Assembly (NCBI GenBank): GCA_049970015.1 | Contig: JBMFNT010000001.1 | Location: 1 to 38,550 of the forward strand | Direction of reading: 5' to 3' | DNA: 38,550 nucleotides | Source of the DNA: Candidatus Micrarchaeia archaeon | GTDB lineage: Archaea > Micrarchaeota > Micrarchaeia > CAILAH01 | In this document: positions 18,004-27,300 of the stretch, piece by piece | Position numbering within the stretch: the stretch's first letter is position 1 | Layout of the letters: each line of letters opens with the position of its first letter | Made by a program: the position numbers and the translations under genes | Notes under the pieces: model-generated | Database searches by the model: none | What the model was told of the DNA's origin: nothing | What the model saw: only the letters and a program-made list of their open reading frames with translations

Positions 18004-19113
18004 TTGGGAATAAATCCATGGAGTTCAGAAATAGTACAGGCAGAAAAGCTGTTTGAGGAGTTTGGGTTGAAACCAATCAGCAATGAGCTGCGTGATAGGT
18101 TTAAGGAGTATTACATTTTTAGCAGAGGTATTATAATTGCCCACCGCGATTTTGATAGGTTTGTTGTGGAGTATGAGAAAGGAAAACAAGTTGCTGTAAT
18201 GTCCGGAATAAAGCCGACAGGTCCTTTCCATATGGGAAGTCTACTGACTGCAGCTGAACTCACAATCCTGCAGAAAATGTTTGGGGCAAAAGTATTCTAC
18301 TCAATTGCTGACCTGGAAGCATATGCTGACAATGGGCAATCATATGAAAATAGCGAAGCGTTTGCAATTGACAATGTGGCTGACCTTCTTGCTTGTGGGC
18401 TTGATGAAAAAAATGCATACATTTATAGACAAAGTAGGGAAATGCGTGTGATACAACTTGCCAACATATTTGCAACACATACTACAAGAGCTACCATGGA
18501 AGCAATATATGGTGAAAGGCATATGGGCCTATACATGTGTGCAATGGTACAAATGGGGGACATATACCTGCCACAGCACAATGATTTCGGGTATGAGCAA
18601 GTAGTTGTTCCGGTTGGACTGGATCAAGACCCACATATACGGCTTGCAAGGGACCTTGCATATAAAGAGCACAGACTAAAGCTTAAACCTCCTTCCGCAA
18701 TATATCACAAGACAATACTGAGTCTTGATGGTCAAACAAAAATGTCAAAAAGAAATCCTGATTCCATGCTGATGCTTAACGAGAATGAACAAACCCTGAA
18801 AAGAAAACTTGGTAATGCATTCACAGGAGGGAGAGAGAGTATTGAGGAGCAGAGAAAACTTGGTGGGCGTGCAGAGATATGCCCAATATATCATTTGGGT
18901 TTTAACATGTTTGATATGGATGATAAAAGGAATAGTGAGAGATGGGACAGGTGTTATGGTGGAAAACTACTCTGCGGTGAATGCAAAAAAGAGATGTTTG
19001 AAATAATAATTGATTGGATGAGAAAGCATAAGGAACTAAAGGATGAAAAAATGCATATTGCAAAGGAGATCGTGAAAGGTAAGTTCTATGATTCTGGCAA
19101 AAATCATAGCTAA
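18004..19113 (+). CDS. trpS: Tryptophan--tRNA ligase
   Basis: INPW, SGIKPTGPFHMGS, VPVGLDQDPHIRLARD, KMSKR, AFTGGR, CGECK. Confidence 0.95.
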   Translation: MGINPWSSEIVQAEKLFEEFGLKPISNELRDRFKEYYIFSRGIIIAHRDFDRFVVEYEKGKQVAVMSGIKPTGPFHMGSLLTAAELTILQKMFGAKVFYSIADLEAYADNGQSYENSEAFAIDNVADLLACGLDEKNAYIYRQSREMRVIQLANIFATHTTRATMEAIYGERHMGLYMCAMVQMGDIYLPQHNDFGYEQVVVPVGLDQDPHIRLARDLAYKEHRLKLKPPSAIYHKTILSLDGQTKMSKRNPDSMLMLNENEQTLKRKLGNAFTGGRESIEEQRKLGGRAEICPIYHLGFNMFDMDDKRNSERWDRCYGGKLLCGECKKEMFEIIIDWMRKHKELKDEKMHIAKEIVKGKFYDSGKNHS

Positions 19114-19372
19114 GGGTAGGGTACAAGGAGTTTTTTACAGAGCAACTGTAAGAGAGATTGCAAATAAAATAGGAGTGGGGGGGTATGTAAGAAACCTACC
19201 GAACGGAGATGTTGAAGTGGTTTGCGAATGCAAGGATGAAGAACAGCTCCATGAATTTGTAAAGGCAATCGAAATAAAAAATAATTTTGGACCCTACACA
19301 GAAGAGATAAAAGTGGTTAAAAAGCAGGAGAAAAGAGGTAGTACAAGCACGGATTTTGTGATAATTTACTGA
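19088..19372 (+). CDS. acyP: Acylphosphatase
   Basis: GRVQGVFYR, GYVRNLPNGDVEV. Confidence 0.95.
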   Translation: MILAKIIAKGRVQGVFYRATVREIANKIGVGGYVRNLPNGDVEVVCECKDEEQLHEFVKAIEIKNNFGPYTEEIKVVKKQEKRGSTSTDFVIIY

Positions 19373-19379
19373 GTACTCT

Positions 19380-20537
19380 CTATGCCTTTTTCTTTGGTAA
19401 AAAAGCAAGTTTTTTCTTCTCCTCCTCTTTCTTTACTGTGTCCACTACACTTTTATACCCTTCGATGTCCAATACCCTGTACTTATTAAATTTCTTTTCG
19501 AAGGTATCCTCAGGAACAAGTGAAAATACTACCCCTCCTTTACTACTAGAGGATTCAAAAATCATATGATGTTTCTTGCCATCTTTTTCGATAATACCAT
19601 AGTCTATAACTACATGGCCATGCTCAGTGTCAAGCACAGTCTTGCTGGCAGATATTATGAGAGGATAACTACTTTCTGAAAAATCATAATCTTTAACTAA
19701 ATGGGTACTACCGTTATATATGTAAGTTGTAGATGGATATCTATTGTATTCTTTCAGCACTCCTTCAAACAGGTGTGCTACCAGCCCTGAACAGTCAAAG
19801 CCATGCTTCGGTGAAGTACCTCCATACCTGTAAGGCTTACCAAGAAGTTCTGAAATCTGTTTCTTTGTATTTTCATCTAGTGGAAGAGTTGAAATATCTT
19901 CCTTGCTCAAATACTCAATCTGCTCTCTTGCACTTGCAGGCTTCTTCTCAACCTTAGCAACCAATCGTGGAATTGGCGATACTTTTTTCACTTGCACTGG
20001 CTGTTCCTCAAGCACTCCAGAAACAAACGCAAAGAATGTCCTCTTGCCAAATATCCCATCTATCTCAATCTGGGTACTCGCATAGTCTCCAAATTTACTT
20101 TCTACTAGATAATTCTGCAATTCCGCAACGGTTTTGACACCCATATATTCCAAAAATACTTTTCTGTTTCCATACAATACTTTATTAGCTATAGTATCAT
20201 CTATATATGGATATGCAATCTGACGAATATCTCGTAAGTATCCTGCCACCTTTTTGTTCCCATTATATGCCTCTCTCTCCATCCACGCGAACAATGCAAC
20301 AAGGGTATTCTTACCAAAGATGCCATCTTCATTCAACTTGAGAGAAGTGTTTCTCAGCTCTTTGTTAAGATATTTCTGAAGATCAACCACTGAATTTATA
20401 TCCATCTTAGACTTAACAACGTCCATAACTTTTTTCTCAATCTTGCGTGCAAGCTCGTTCGTGAAGGATTTACGAATAAGCTCTCTCTCCAGAGCATATG
20501 CCATATCCTTATCGATCTTTTGTGTTTGTGCCTCCAT
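19380..20537 (-). CDS. NlpC/P60 family cysteine hydrolase with two peptidoglycan-binding (PG_binding_1)-like repeats
   Basis: LLGKPYRYGGTSPKHGFDCSGLV, GHVVI, IFESSSSKGGV; two V..LQ.YL...DGIFGK.T..A repeats; start moved to ATG 20537 (385 aa) with a TTTATAAA box at 20589-20596. Confidence 0.85.
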   Translation of the reverse strand: MEAQTQKIDKDMAYALERELIRKSFTNELARKIEKKVMDVVKSKMDINSVVDLQKYLNKELRNTSLKLNEDGIFGKNTLVALFAWMEREAYNGNKKVAGYLRDIRQIAYPYIDDTIANKVLYGNRKVFLEYMGVKTVAELQNYLVESKFGDYASTQIEIDGIFGKRTFFAFVSGVLEEQPVQVKKVSPIPRLVAKVEKKPASAREQIEYLSKEDISTLPLDENTKKQISELLGKPYRYGGTSPKHGFDCSGLVAHLFEGVLKEYNRYPSTTYIYNGSTHLVKDYDFSESSYPLIISASKTVLDTEHGHVVIDYGIIEKDGKKHHMIFESSSSKGGVVFSLVPEDTFEKKFNKYRVLDIEGYKSVVDTVKKEEEKKKLAFLPKKKA

Positions 20538-20626
20538 AGATAATAATTTGCTAATAATTATTTTATATCTGTATGAGTAGTAAGATGATTTATAAATCTT
20601 TGTATTTAATTGCATAAAAAGTAATA

Positions 20627-21054
20627 TGCAAAGGTAAAAACAAGTACCTAAGGAAAAACCATCCCAAGTTTCTGTTTCTGTGGACGATGTTAGGATATTA
20701 TTTGAATTCATATATCTTAAGAGAATCCGTACAGGCAAATACCAAGTCTTCTTGGATAACAATAAAACACTGCCGGAGTTATTAGATTCAGTAGGAGGAG
20801 AAATCAAAACGTGGGCGGGAGTGTGTCAAGTCTTTTGAGTGCTCTTCTAAAAGAAGCGGTAAAAGCAATTGTTTTTAGAAAAACTAAATGCACAACTGCT
20901 GAAAAGCGCAAAAAAAGGAGATCTGAAGGGTGTGCAGGATGCAATTAATGAAGGTGCAAATGTGAATGTAAAAAATGATTATGGGCAAACCGCACTAATC
21001 TATGCAGTACATAATGGCCATACATTGTTTTTAGAGAAGGTGCTGTGAGTCAAC
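20627..21054 (+). pseudogene. Degraded ankyrin-repeat gene
   Basis: 20884-21048 reads LNAQLLKSAKKGDLKGVQDAINEGANVNVKNDYGQTALIYAVHNGHT; upstream ATG 20627 is followed by an in-frame TAA and frameshifts. Confidence 0.75.
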
Positions 21055-21074
21055 ATTTTTGAGCAGCAATAATA

Positions 21075-21088
21075 GAAAAGTATATAAA
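21075..21088 (+). promoter_or_regulatory. BRE-TATA promoter
   Basis: GAAAAG-TATATAAA ~35 nt upstream of ATG 21123. Confidence 0.6.
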
Positions 21089-21122
21089 ATACACATGTTT
21101 TGAATACTTTCAAGGTGAAAGA

Positions 21123-22346
21123 ATGAGCATATTCAACAAGGTACATAAAAGGAGTATGTACTCAACACTTAAGAATGAGCTCCCTGAAAGACATCATGAA
21201 ATAATATTCAGCGCTTTTAAGGAAAACCCATCAATGCTCAAGTATTTTAAGAAAAGGAGTATACTCGCATACCCATTCGTGAGATTGTGGGAGATTACAA
21301 AGATGATTGTCTCCAAAGAAACATACCTGAGAAAAGAAGAGATGAGGTCCGCATTGTATTATCTTTGTGAAAAGCATCTGGATGATGGTGAAATGAGATA
21401 TACCAACATGGAGGCTGCCATAAAAAACATGCTCAATAAAGCAATAAATACAGTAAGTGGAAATGTGCTCAAGGATAGCCCAGATGGCAAATTATCCATA
21501 ATTATGCGTGATCTTATTAGTAGTGGGATCGATACGAAGAAAGTTTTAAGGGATAAGGAATGGTACAGGGATCTTATTCATGATGCGGCCGGTGCGGCTG
21601 CAGTAGCTGCACTGCTATATACGTACGCTCCGGAATACAAAGCACCGGAAAGAATTGTTGAGGTACCGGTTGCAAAGCAGGACTGTAATTGTTCTTTGTA
21701 TGACCCTTGCATTGAACAATTGAAAGAAACAATGGAAGAGACAAAGCCCCAGGCACAAACTGTGTATAAGACAAAAGTAAAAACCGTGTATAAGGAAGTG
21801 CCAATGCAGGTCAATTGTGATGATGTATGCAATCCAAAAATTGATAGTTTGATGAATAGATGCTATGAAGAAATGTATAAAAAAGATAAAACCATAGAAA
21901 ATAGAGATCAGACCATACAGAGAATGGATCAGGCGATACAGGAATACAAAATGATCTTGATGAGAAAGGTTGATTACATATTTGAAACACTATTTTCTAA
22001 GGATAAGTACAACGAAGACAAGAGATACTATGAGAACAACATTCGCCCATGGTTTGCCAACGAACTGAACAAAGATTTTGAGAAGATGTCCAGATTCATA
22101 TTATACATAGGTGGAGAACTTTTTGAAAGAGAAAAAGATAAGAAAGGTAAGATAGTGAAGGTGAAACACTTGAGATCTTCAAATTACTTGGATGACATAA
22201 TAGAAGACTGTGATGTTACCTATCCAGGTGGCAACGTTTGCAGGGATGGAAACAGGGTTCCTGGAAATATGGAAGCAGTGTTTGAATTTTACAAAAATAT
22301 TTATAAAGGGCCGTATGGTAACATGATACTGCGCAAAGATAAGTAA
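21123..22346 (+). CDS. Hypothetical protein with central hydrophobic segment, Cys-rich and coiled-coil C-terminal part
   Basis: 407-aa ORF with promoter and GGTGA SD; AAGAAAVAALLYTY segment; several Cys clusters. Confidence 0.8.
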   Translation: MSIFNKVHKRSMYSTLKNELPERHHEIIFSAFKENPSMLKYFKKRSILAYPFVRLWEITKMIVSKETYLRKEEMRSALYYLCEKHLDDGEMRYTNMEAAIKNMLNKAINTVSGNVLKDSPDGKLSIIMRDLISSGIDTKKVLRDKEWYRDLIHDAAGAAAVAALLYTYAPEYKAPERIVEVPVAKQDCNCSLYDPCIEQLKETMEETKPQAQTVYKTKVKTVYKEVPMQVNCDDVCNPKIDSLMNRCYEEMYKKDKTIENRDQTIQRMDQAIQEYKMILMRKVDYIFETLFSKDKYNEDKRYYENNIRPWFANELNKDFEKMSRFILYIGGELFEREKDKKGKIVKVKHLRSSNYLDDIIEDCDVTYPGGNVCRDGNRVPGNMEAVFEFYKNIYKGPYGNMILRKDK

Positions 22347-22395
22347 AATACTTTAATTATTTTTCGCATTTAAGACTTATTTGCTTGTGGTTTGA

Positions 22396-23532
22396 ATGCG
22401 CATTGCATACTACACAGAAACATATCTGCCAAATGTCGATGGTGTAGTGAAAAGCATAATCTCATCACAACAGGTGCTGCGTTCTTTTGGTGATGAAGTG
22501 TTTGTTTTTACCTGCGGCACCAAGGAACTGATCCAATCTAACAAGGATCCGTATGTTTATTATTATGACTCAATTCCATTTACACCTTACCCGAGCTACA
22601 GGTTTGCCCTTAACCCATACCCATCAGCAAGTGTGATAGACTCAAAGAAAATAGAATTAATTCATTCTCATGGTATGGGTACTATGGGTATAGCTGCATA
22701 CAGGATAGCAAGCAAGCGCAAGCTGCCATTCATAGGCTCATTCCATACATTGATACAGTATGCAACCCATTACTTATCACGCAAACATGTGATACAGGAT
22801 ATTGCAAAGCGCATCGCTTGGAAATACCTGCGCTGGTACTACAACAAGTGCAATATTACGATCGTGCCCTCCAATACCATACGGGACCTTTTGGAGTCCA
22901 ACGGGTTTAGAAATATTCGTGTTATTCCTAATGGAGTAGATATAGAATTCTTTTCAAATGCGCAGAGGAATAGGGGGATGTTTAATCTAAAAGAGGATGA
23001 TGCAGTATTTCTTTTTGTTGGGCGCCTTGTCCACGAGAAAAACCTTGATGTGTTGATACGTGCATCAAAGAAAATCATAAAGGAAATTCCAGATGCACGT
23101 TTTGTTATAGCTGGAACGGGTCCAGCTGAGCAGTATTACAAGGAACTTGTTGCAAAAGAAAAGGTTTCTGGAGCATTTGATTTTTTAGGTTTTGTTGAAG
23201 AACATAAGGTAGCACACCTTTACAAGAGTGCAGATGTTTTTGTATTCCCTTCTAAGTTTGAAACACAGGGGTTAAGTGGTATTGAGGCAATGTCTGGAGG
23301 CCTTCCCGTGTGCGGTGCAGATTATCTTGCATTGAAAGAGATTGTTATTGAAGGCTATAATGGTATGTTGTTCAACCCAGATTCTCCTGAAGAGTGTGCG
23401 GAGAAAGCAATCCTGACTTATAGCAAACGGCAGGCATTGGGTGTCAATGCAATTAAAACAGCAATGAAATTCTCGCATCTGGAGACGACAAAGCTGCTGA
23501 AGAAAGTATATGAAGAAGTAGCGGGTACATGA
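22396..23532 (+). CDS. Glycosyltransferase family 4 (GT-B)
   Basis: MRIAYYTETYLPNVDGV, FVGRLVHEKNLD, FVFPSKFETQGLSGIEAM. Confidence 0.95.
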   Translation: MRIAYYTETYLPNVDGVVKSIISSQQVLRSFGDEVFVFTCGTKELIQSNKDPYVYYYDSIPFTPYPSYRFALNPYPSASVIDSKKIELIHSHGMGTMGIAAYRIASKRKLPFIGSFHTLIQYATHYLSRKHVIQDIAKRIAWKYLRWYYNKCNITIVPSNTIRDLLESNGFRNIRVIPNGVDIEFFSNAQRNRGMFNLKEDDAVFLFVGRLVHEKNLDVLIRASKKIIKEIPDARFVIAGTGPAEQYYKELVAKEKVSGAFDFLGFVEEHKVAHLYKSADVFVFPSKFETQGLSGIEAMSGGLPVCGADYLALKEIVIEGYNGMLFNPDSPEECAEKAILTYSKRQALGVNAIKTAMKFSHLETTKLLKKVYEEVAGT

Positions 23533-26151
23533 TTACCTTATGAATTCAGAAAATTCGTTTATTGTTAGGGGTATTACTGTCTCATTTAACAGGGCAATCT
23601 TTATTGATGCACCCCTCTTCCCATACTTGCTTATGCTTTCTATAAACTCCCTTTTTGAGTCATCGTCTGCAAACAGCAAAACTGTCCTCTCCTCACCTGA
23701 AATGGCCCTTTCTATTCTTTCAAGTAAGTTCTCACCAGTGCATATGATTATTTTCAGGTTTTCATTTCTCATTTTTATGTACGTATCACAATCCTCACGC
23801 TCCCCAAGCTTTGTGAATGGTATTGCCGCAGGTATGAGGATATCTCGCATTTTCCTGAACATTGCGAGATACTTATAGTTATATCTGTCTGTCTCCCATT
23901 TTGAAAGTGCATACAAGTCCAAGTACATCTTTATGTCTCCCAGGTGCATCAACTTATCTAGGATTATTTGTGTATTATAATCTCCTATTAGTATAGGCCT
24001 GCCCATATAACTGATTTTCCTGAATCCATTTTTTATCTCTTTGAGCGAGAGCGGCATACGTTCCCACCCATACTCGGCATTGATCCTCTCAAATATATCA
24101 AATATCATATCCTTCTTTACATATATCTTCTTTTTTGCCCTGGCCTCAAACTCCGGGATATCCAGTGAATACTTGACTTTTTCACGTGCCTTGAATGCAA
24201 TGCCGATTGCAACAATGCCCATAGTAAGTACAATTACAAACCAGAACCACCACTGCTCATAATACATTCTGGATATACTTGAAACACTCTCATAAACAAG
24301 ACCTTTCTGAACCTCAAACCTGAAAGTATGCTTCCTGCCCTCCTCTAAAGGTGTATCTACCTTAAAATAAGCAAAGGTTTTTTCACCTGACTGCGTGGTT
24401 GATATTTTCTGCCTAATCTTGTCATCTATAACAACATACGTATCCTTCAAACTACTTGTGATATCCTCACCTTCAAGTTCAGGTACTTCAAGACTAAATA
24501 CAAACATCTGTTCTTTCCAATCGATCCTTTCCGGAATAAGGTTTATCTGTGGGACTATCAGGACTGATTTTGCAAACGTATATGGAGGTGTTGATGGCGC
24601 ATCAAGCCTTATTATATATACCCCATGCTCAATCTTTGGGTCATATACTGATTTTAGTGTATAATCTATGGGTAATATATACTGTGCACCAAAGAAGATC
24701 TCATCAGCAATCTCTCCACTACTGTTTATCAAACGCAGCCTAATCTCAGTGGCCTGCTTGAACCTGTCAATGCTCTCATTGAAGTATGCCTCAACATCAA
24801 AAGTTCTCCCGCTTATTTTTTCTGAGAGTGCATAAGGCGAATTGCTTATACTGCCTTTCTGTGTTTTTGATATCTTGAGATACTTACTCTTAACATCTAC
24901 AATTTCATTATTCTCATTATACGCCCGCGTATAGATTCTTGCATACCCTTCCTGTATACCTGCTTTTCCTTTTGTTATCAAGGTCTCGTACACATCATTA
25001 CTGTCTTCAAGCTTGTAATAGCTTTCCGGTGTTGCTTCAATATATCTATCATACTCTTTAAGCCATGCTGCATTCTTTATGAGCATAGCAATGTCTGTTG
25101 CGGCCTCCTTGCCATTATTCCATCCACTGTCAAGCGTATTAGGTATTATTACGAGATATCCCTGCCCTCCCCAATTCACAACAGGAATTCCGTTATTTGC
25201 AAGCTTTACATCGGCAGTGTACTGTACATTCTTTTGATACGCAGGTACCACACCATACCTAACGTCTTTCAATAGCATGCCATCAAGACTGGATCTTGTA
25301 CTTGTAATATCTATCCCAAGCGTAGTTGAAACTGCTTCCACAGAGTAGTCAGTGCCTGGGAAAATCCTTCCCCTTCTCTCATCCATCAGCCCTTGGTCAA
25401 ACCCAAACCCTATATAGATTATAGTGGCGCCTTTCCTTGTAAGCTCAACAGCATTTTTACCACTCCCATGTGGTGATGCAAGTGAAGCTGGCATAAATCC
25501 AGTTGGAACAATTATCAGGGGATGCGACCCTTCAGGCAGGCTTTCCAGCTCTTCCAGGTATATTTCGTTCACTGACACACCAAACTTTGAGAATTCTCTC
25601 TGCAACTCATCCTTGAACTCGCTGTAACGGCTGCCCTGCTCACGCCGTGAGTTCAGCACGTATATCCCATCATACAACGGGCCGTCAGATGCTTCCATAA
25701 ACACTCCTATTTCCTTTACATTGTTCCCGCGAGCATGCAAAATCACATATGGGGTATATACCCCGTGACCATTTATGTTGGCCAACCCGTAATCTATAAT
25801 ATCCAATTGCAGTGAAGGAACTTCCCGTGCTACAGGTGCAACAACACCAATGCCTGCACCTTGCATCATGAACAGTATGTACGCAAAAATGATACCTATT
25901 AATATGAGCACAGCACCCAAATACACAAACAGCTTTCTCATCACTCCTTTGAGAATTGGTTTATTCTTCTGCATTGTCTCTGCGCTTTTCACATCCCCCT
26001 TACCTGTCTTTGTCTTAATAAATGCCAGTGCAATCTCACGTATTTTATCCATCCCGACAGACTTTTCCTTGAGTGGTTTAAACTTCACAGTATATTCTTT
26101 TTTCTTCTTTAGCGTAAACTTGTATGACTTACCCTCTGCCATAAAATACAC
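23533..26151 (-). CDS. Large membrane protein (two TM helices, ~530-aa external region, cytoplasmic C-terminal domain); last gene of the VirB4-like operon
   Basis: TMs LFVYLGAVLILIGIIFAYILFMM and WWFWFVIVLTMGIVAIGIAF; start may be 26142. Confidence 0.85.
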   Translation of the reverse strand: MYFMAEGKSYKFTLKKKKEYTVKFKPLKEKSVGMDKIREIALAFIKTKTGKGDVKSAETMQKNKPILKGVMRKLFVYLGAVLILIGIIFAYILFMMQGAGIGVVAPVAREVPSLQLDIIDYGLANINGHGVYTPYVILHARGNNVKEIGVFMEASDGPLYDGIYVLNSRREQGSRYSEFKDELQREFSKFGVSVNEIYLEELESLPEGSHPLIIVPTGFMPASLASPHGSGKNAVELTRKGATIIYIGFGFDQGLMDERRGRIFPGTDYSVEAVSTTLGIDITSTRSSLDGMLLKDVRYGVVPAYQKNVQYTADVKLANNGIPVVNWGGQGYLVIIPNTLDSGWNNGKEAATDIAMLIKNAAWLKEYDRYIEATPESYYKLEDSNDVYETLITKGKAGIQEGYARIYTRAYNENNEIVDVKSKYLKISKTQKGSISNSPYALSEKISGRTFDVEAYFNESIDRFKQATEIRLRLINSSGEIADEIFFGAQYILPIDYTLKSVYDPKIEHGVYIIRLDAPSTPPYTFAKSVLIVPQINLIPERIDWKEQMFVFSLEVPELEGEDITSSLKDTYVVIDDKIRQKISTTQSGEKTFAYFKVDTPLEEGRKHTFRFEVQKGLVYESVSSISRMYYEQWWFWFVIVLTMGIVAIGIAFKAREKVKYSLDIPEFEARAKKKIYVKKDMIFDIFERINAEYGWERMPLSLKEIKNGFRKISYMGRPILIGDYNTQIILDKLMHLGDIKMYLDLYALSKWETDRYNYKYLAMFRKMRDILIPAAIPFTKLGEREDCDTYIKMRNENLKIIICTGENLLERIERAISGEERTVLLFADDDSKREFIESISKYGKRGASIKIALLNETVIPLTINEFSEFIR

Positions 26152-26154
26152 CGG

Positions 26155-26910
26155 CTATCTCCTTATTTCGAGGTATCCTTCATACACCATCTTGTTAAGC
26201 AACTGCTCAACCCTGCTCTCACGCACTTTGTACAACTTGCAAAAATCATCTATGTTAATTTCGTTACCATGCTCTCTTATCCATTCCTGTATTTTCAGCA
26301 TTAGCGTGTCATCTGAATATTTCTCAAGCTCATCAACCCTCAGTTTGAGCTGGTCCCTCTCATTTCTCATCTCTATTAACTCTCTGCTCAGCTTGTTATT
26401 ACTCTCCTCAAGCTTTTCAATCTGCCTCTTCAGCTCGTTAACTCTTGACAGCAAGGTATCATACTTGACATACAATTTCTCGTAGTTAGATGTTGCAAAC
26501 TCACCTATCTCAGCAAGGAATACATCAAGTACCTGCATAAAACTTGTTATGTCTAATGTGTATGCATCGCCCATTACTGCAAGCACATTTGACACGTACC
26601 TTAACAGCTCCAGTCTTCTTTTCCTTAGGCTTATCTCTGGAGTGACTGTGTACATAACCTCAATGCTATCTGTATTTAGATATATTATGATAAAAAGGTA
26701 GGGTATGTTATCTATATCCCTGCTCTCAACTTTTATGAGAGCCACCCTATCTTTAAGCTCGACAATCTCTATCCCAGGAATACTGCTCGCCTTTTTTGCA
26801 ATATCCTTTAAGCTAATATTCAGCTTTGCAGCTATCTTGAACGATGCACCCATCGGCTCAGAAATAATGTCATTATGTTTTTCGCTTGCAGGTGTGCTTT
26901 TTTCAGCCAT
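26155..26910 (-). CDS. Coiled-coil protein with C-terminal winged-helix-like domain
   Basis: Heptads LLSRVNELKRQIEKLEESNNKLSRELIEMRNERDQLKLRVDELE; INIDDFCKLYKVRESRVEQLLNKMVYEGYL. Confidence 0.85.
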   Translation of the reverse strand: MAEKSTPASEKHNDIISEPMGASFKIAAKLNISLKDIAKKASSIPGIEIVELKDRVALIKVESRDIDNIPYLFIIIYLNTDSIEVMYTVTPEISLRKRRLELLRYVSNVLAVMGDAYTLDITSFMQVLDVFLAEIGEFATSNYEKLYVKYDTLLSRVNELKRQIEKLEESNNKLSRELIEMRNERDQLKLRVDELEKYSDDTLMLKIQEWIREHGNEINIDDFCKLYKVRESRVEQLLNKMVYEGYLEIRR

Positions 26911-27300
26911 CTACTTAACCTCCCTAAGCCTTGGCACATACTTTATGTGTGCAAGTATAAGCATGAAGATAAGCAACAATATGCCTGCCAGAAAGCTGCT
27001 TAATGACAGGTTCAGAAGAATCAGGATGATCATTATAACTATACCTGCTCCTCCATACATCAACAGTGACCTCTCAAACTCGCCGCGCCTTTTCTTGTAG
27101 GAGTCCATACATTTATCGCATACAACAAGGGTGTTTCCTTTTTCAGCATTGAGCCTTTTTTTTACCCATCTTATAGCGGATATTACATAATCCTCCTCAA
27201 CCCTCTGGCCATGAGTCCTCTGGGTGCACATAATGCACACTTCTTTTCCTACACCATCTCCTTTTTCAACCTTATGCTTTTTAGGTTTAGATTTATCCAC
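26911..27300 (-). CDS. Small membrane protein with CxxC...CxxC zinc-binding motif and two C-terminal TMs
   Basis: CIMC, CDKC; hydrophobic hairpin; abuts or overlaps both neighbours. Confidence 0.85.
   Translation of the reverse strand: MDKSKPKKHKVEKGDGVGKEVCIMCTQRTHGQRVEEDYVISAIRWVKKRLNAEKGNTLVVCDKCMDSYKKRRGEFERSLLMYGGAGIVIMIILILLNLSLSSFLAGILLLIFMLILAHIKYVPRLREVK

Noticed and set aside
20538..20807. 90-aa N-terminal extension of the NlpC/P60 ORF in the ORF track
   Set aside because: Crosses a TATA box and is antisense to the ankyrin pseudogene; ATG 20537 is more plausible
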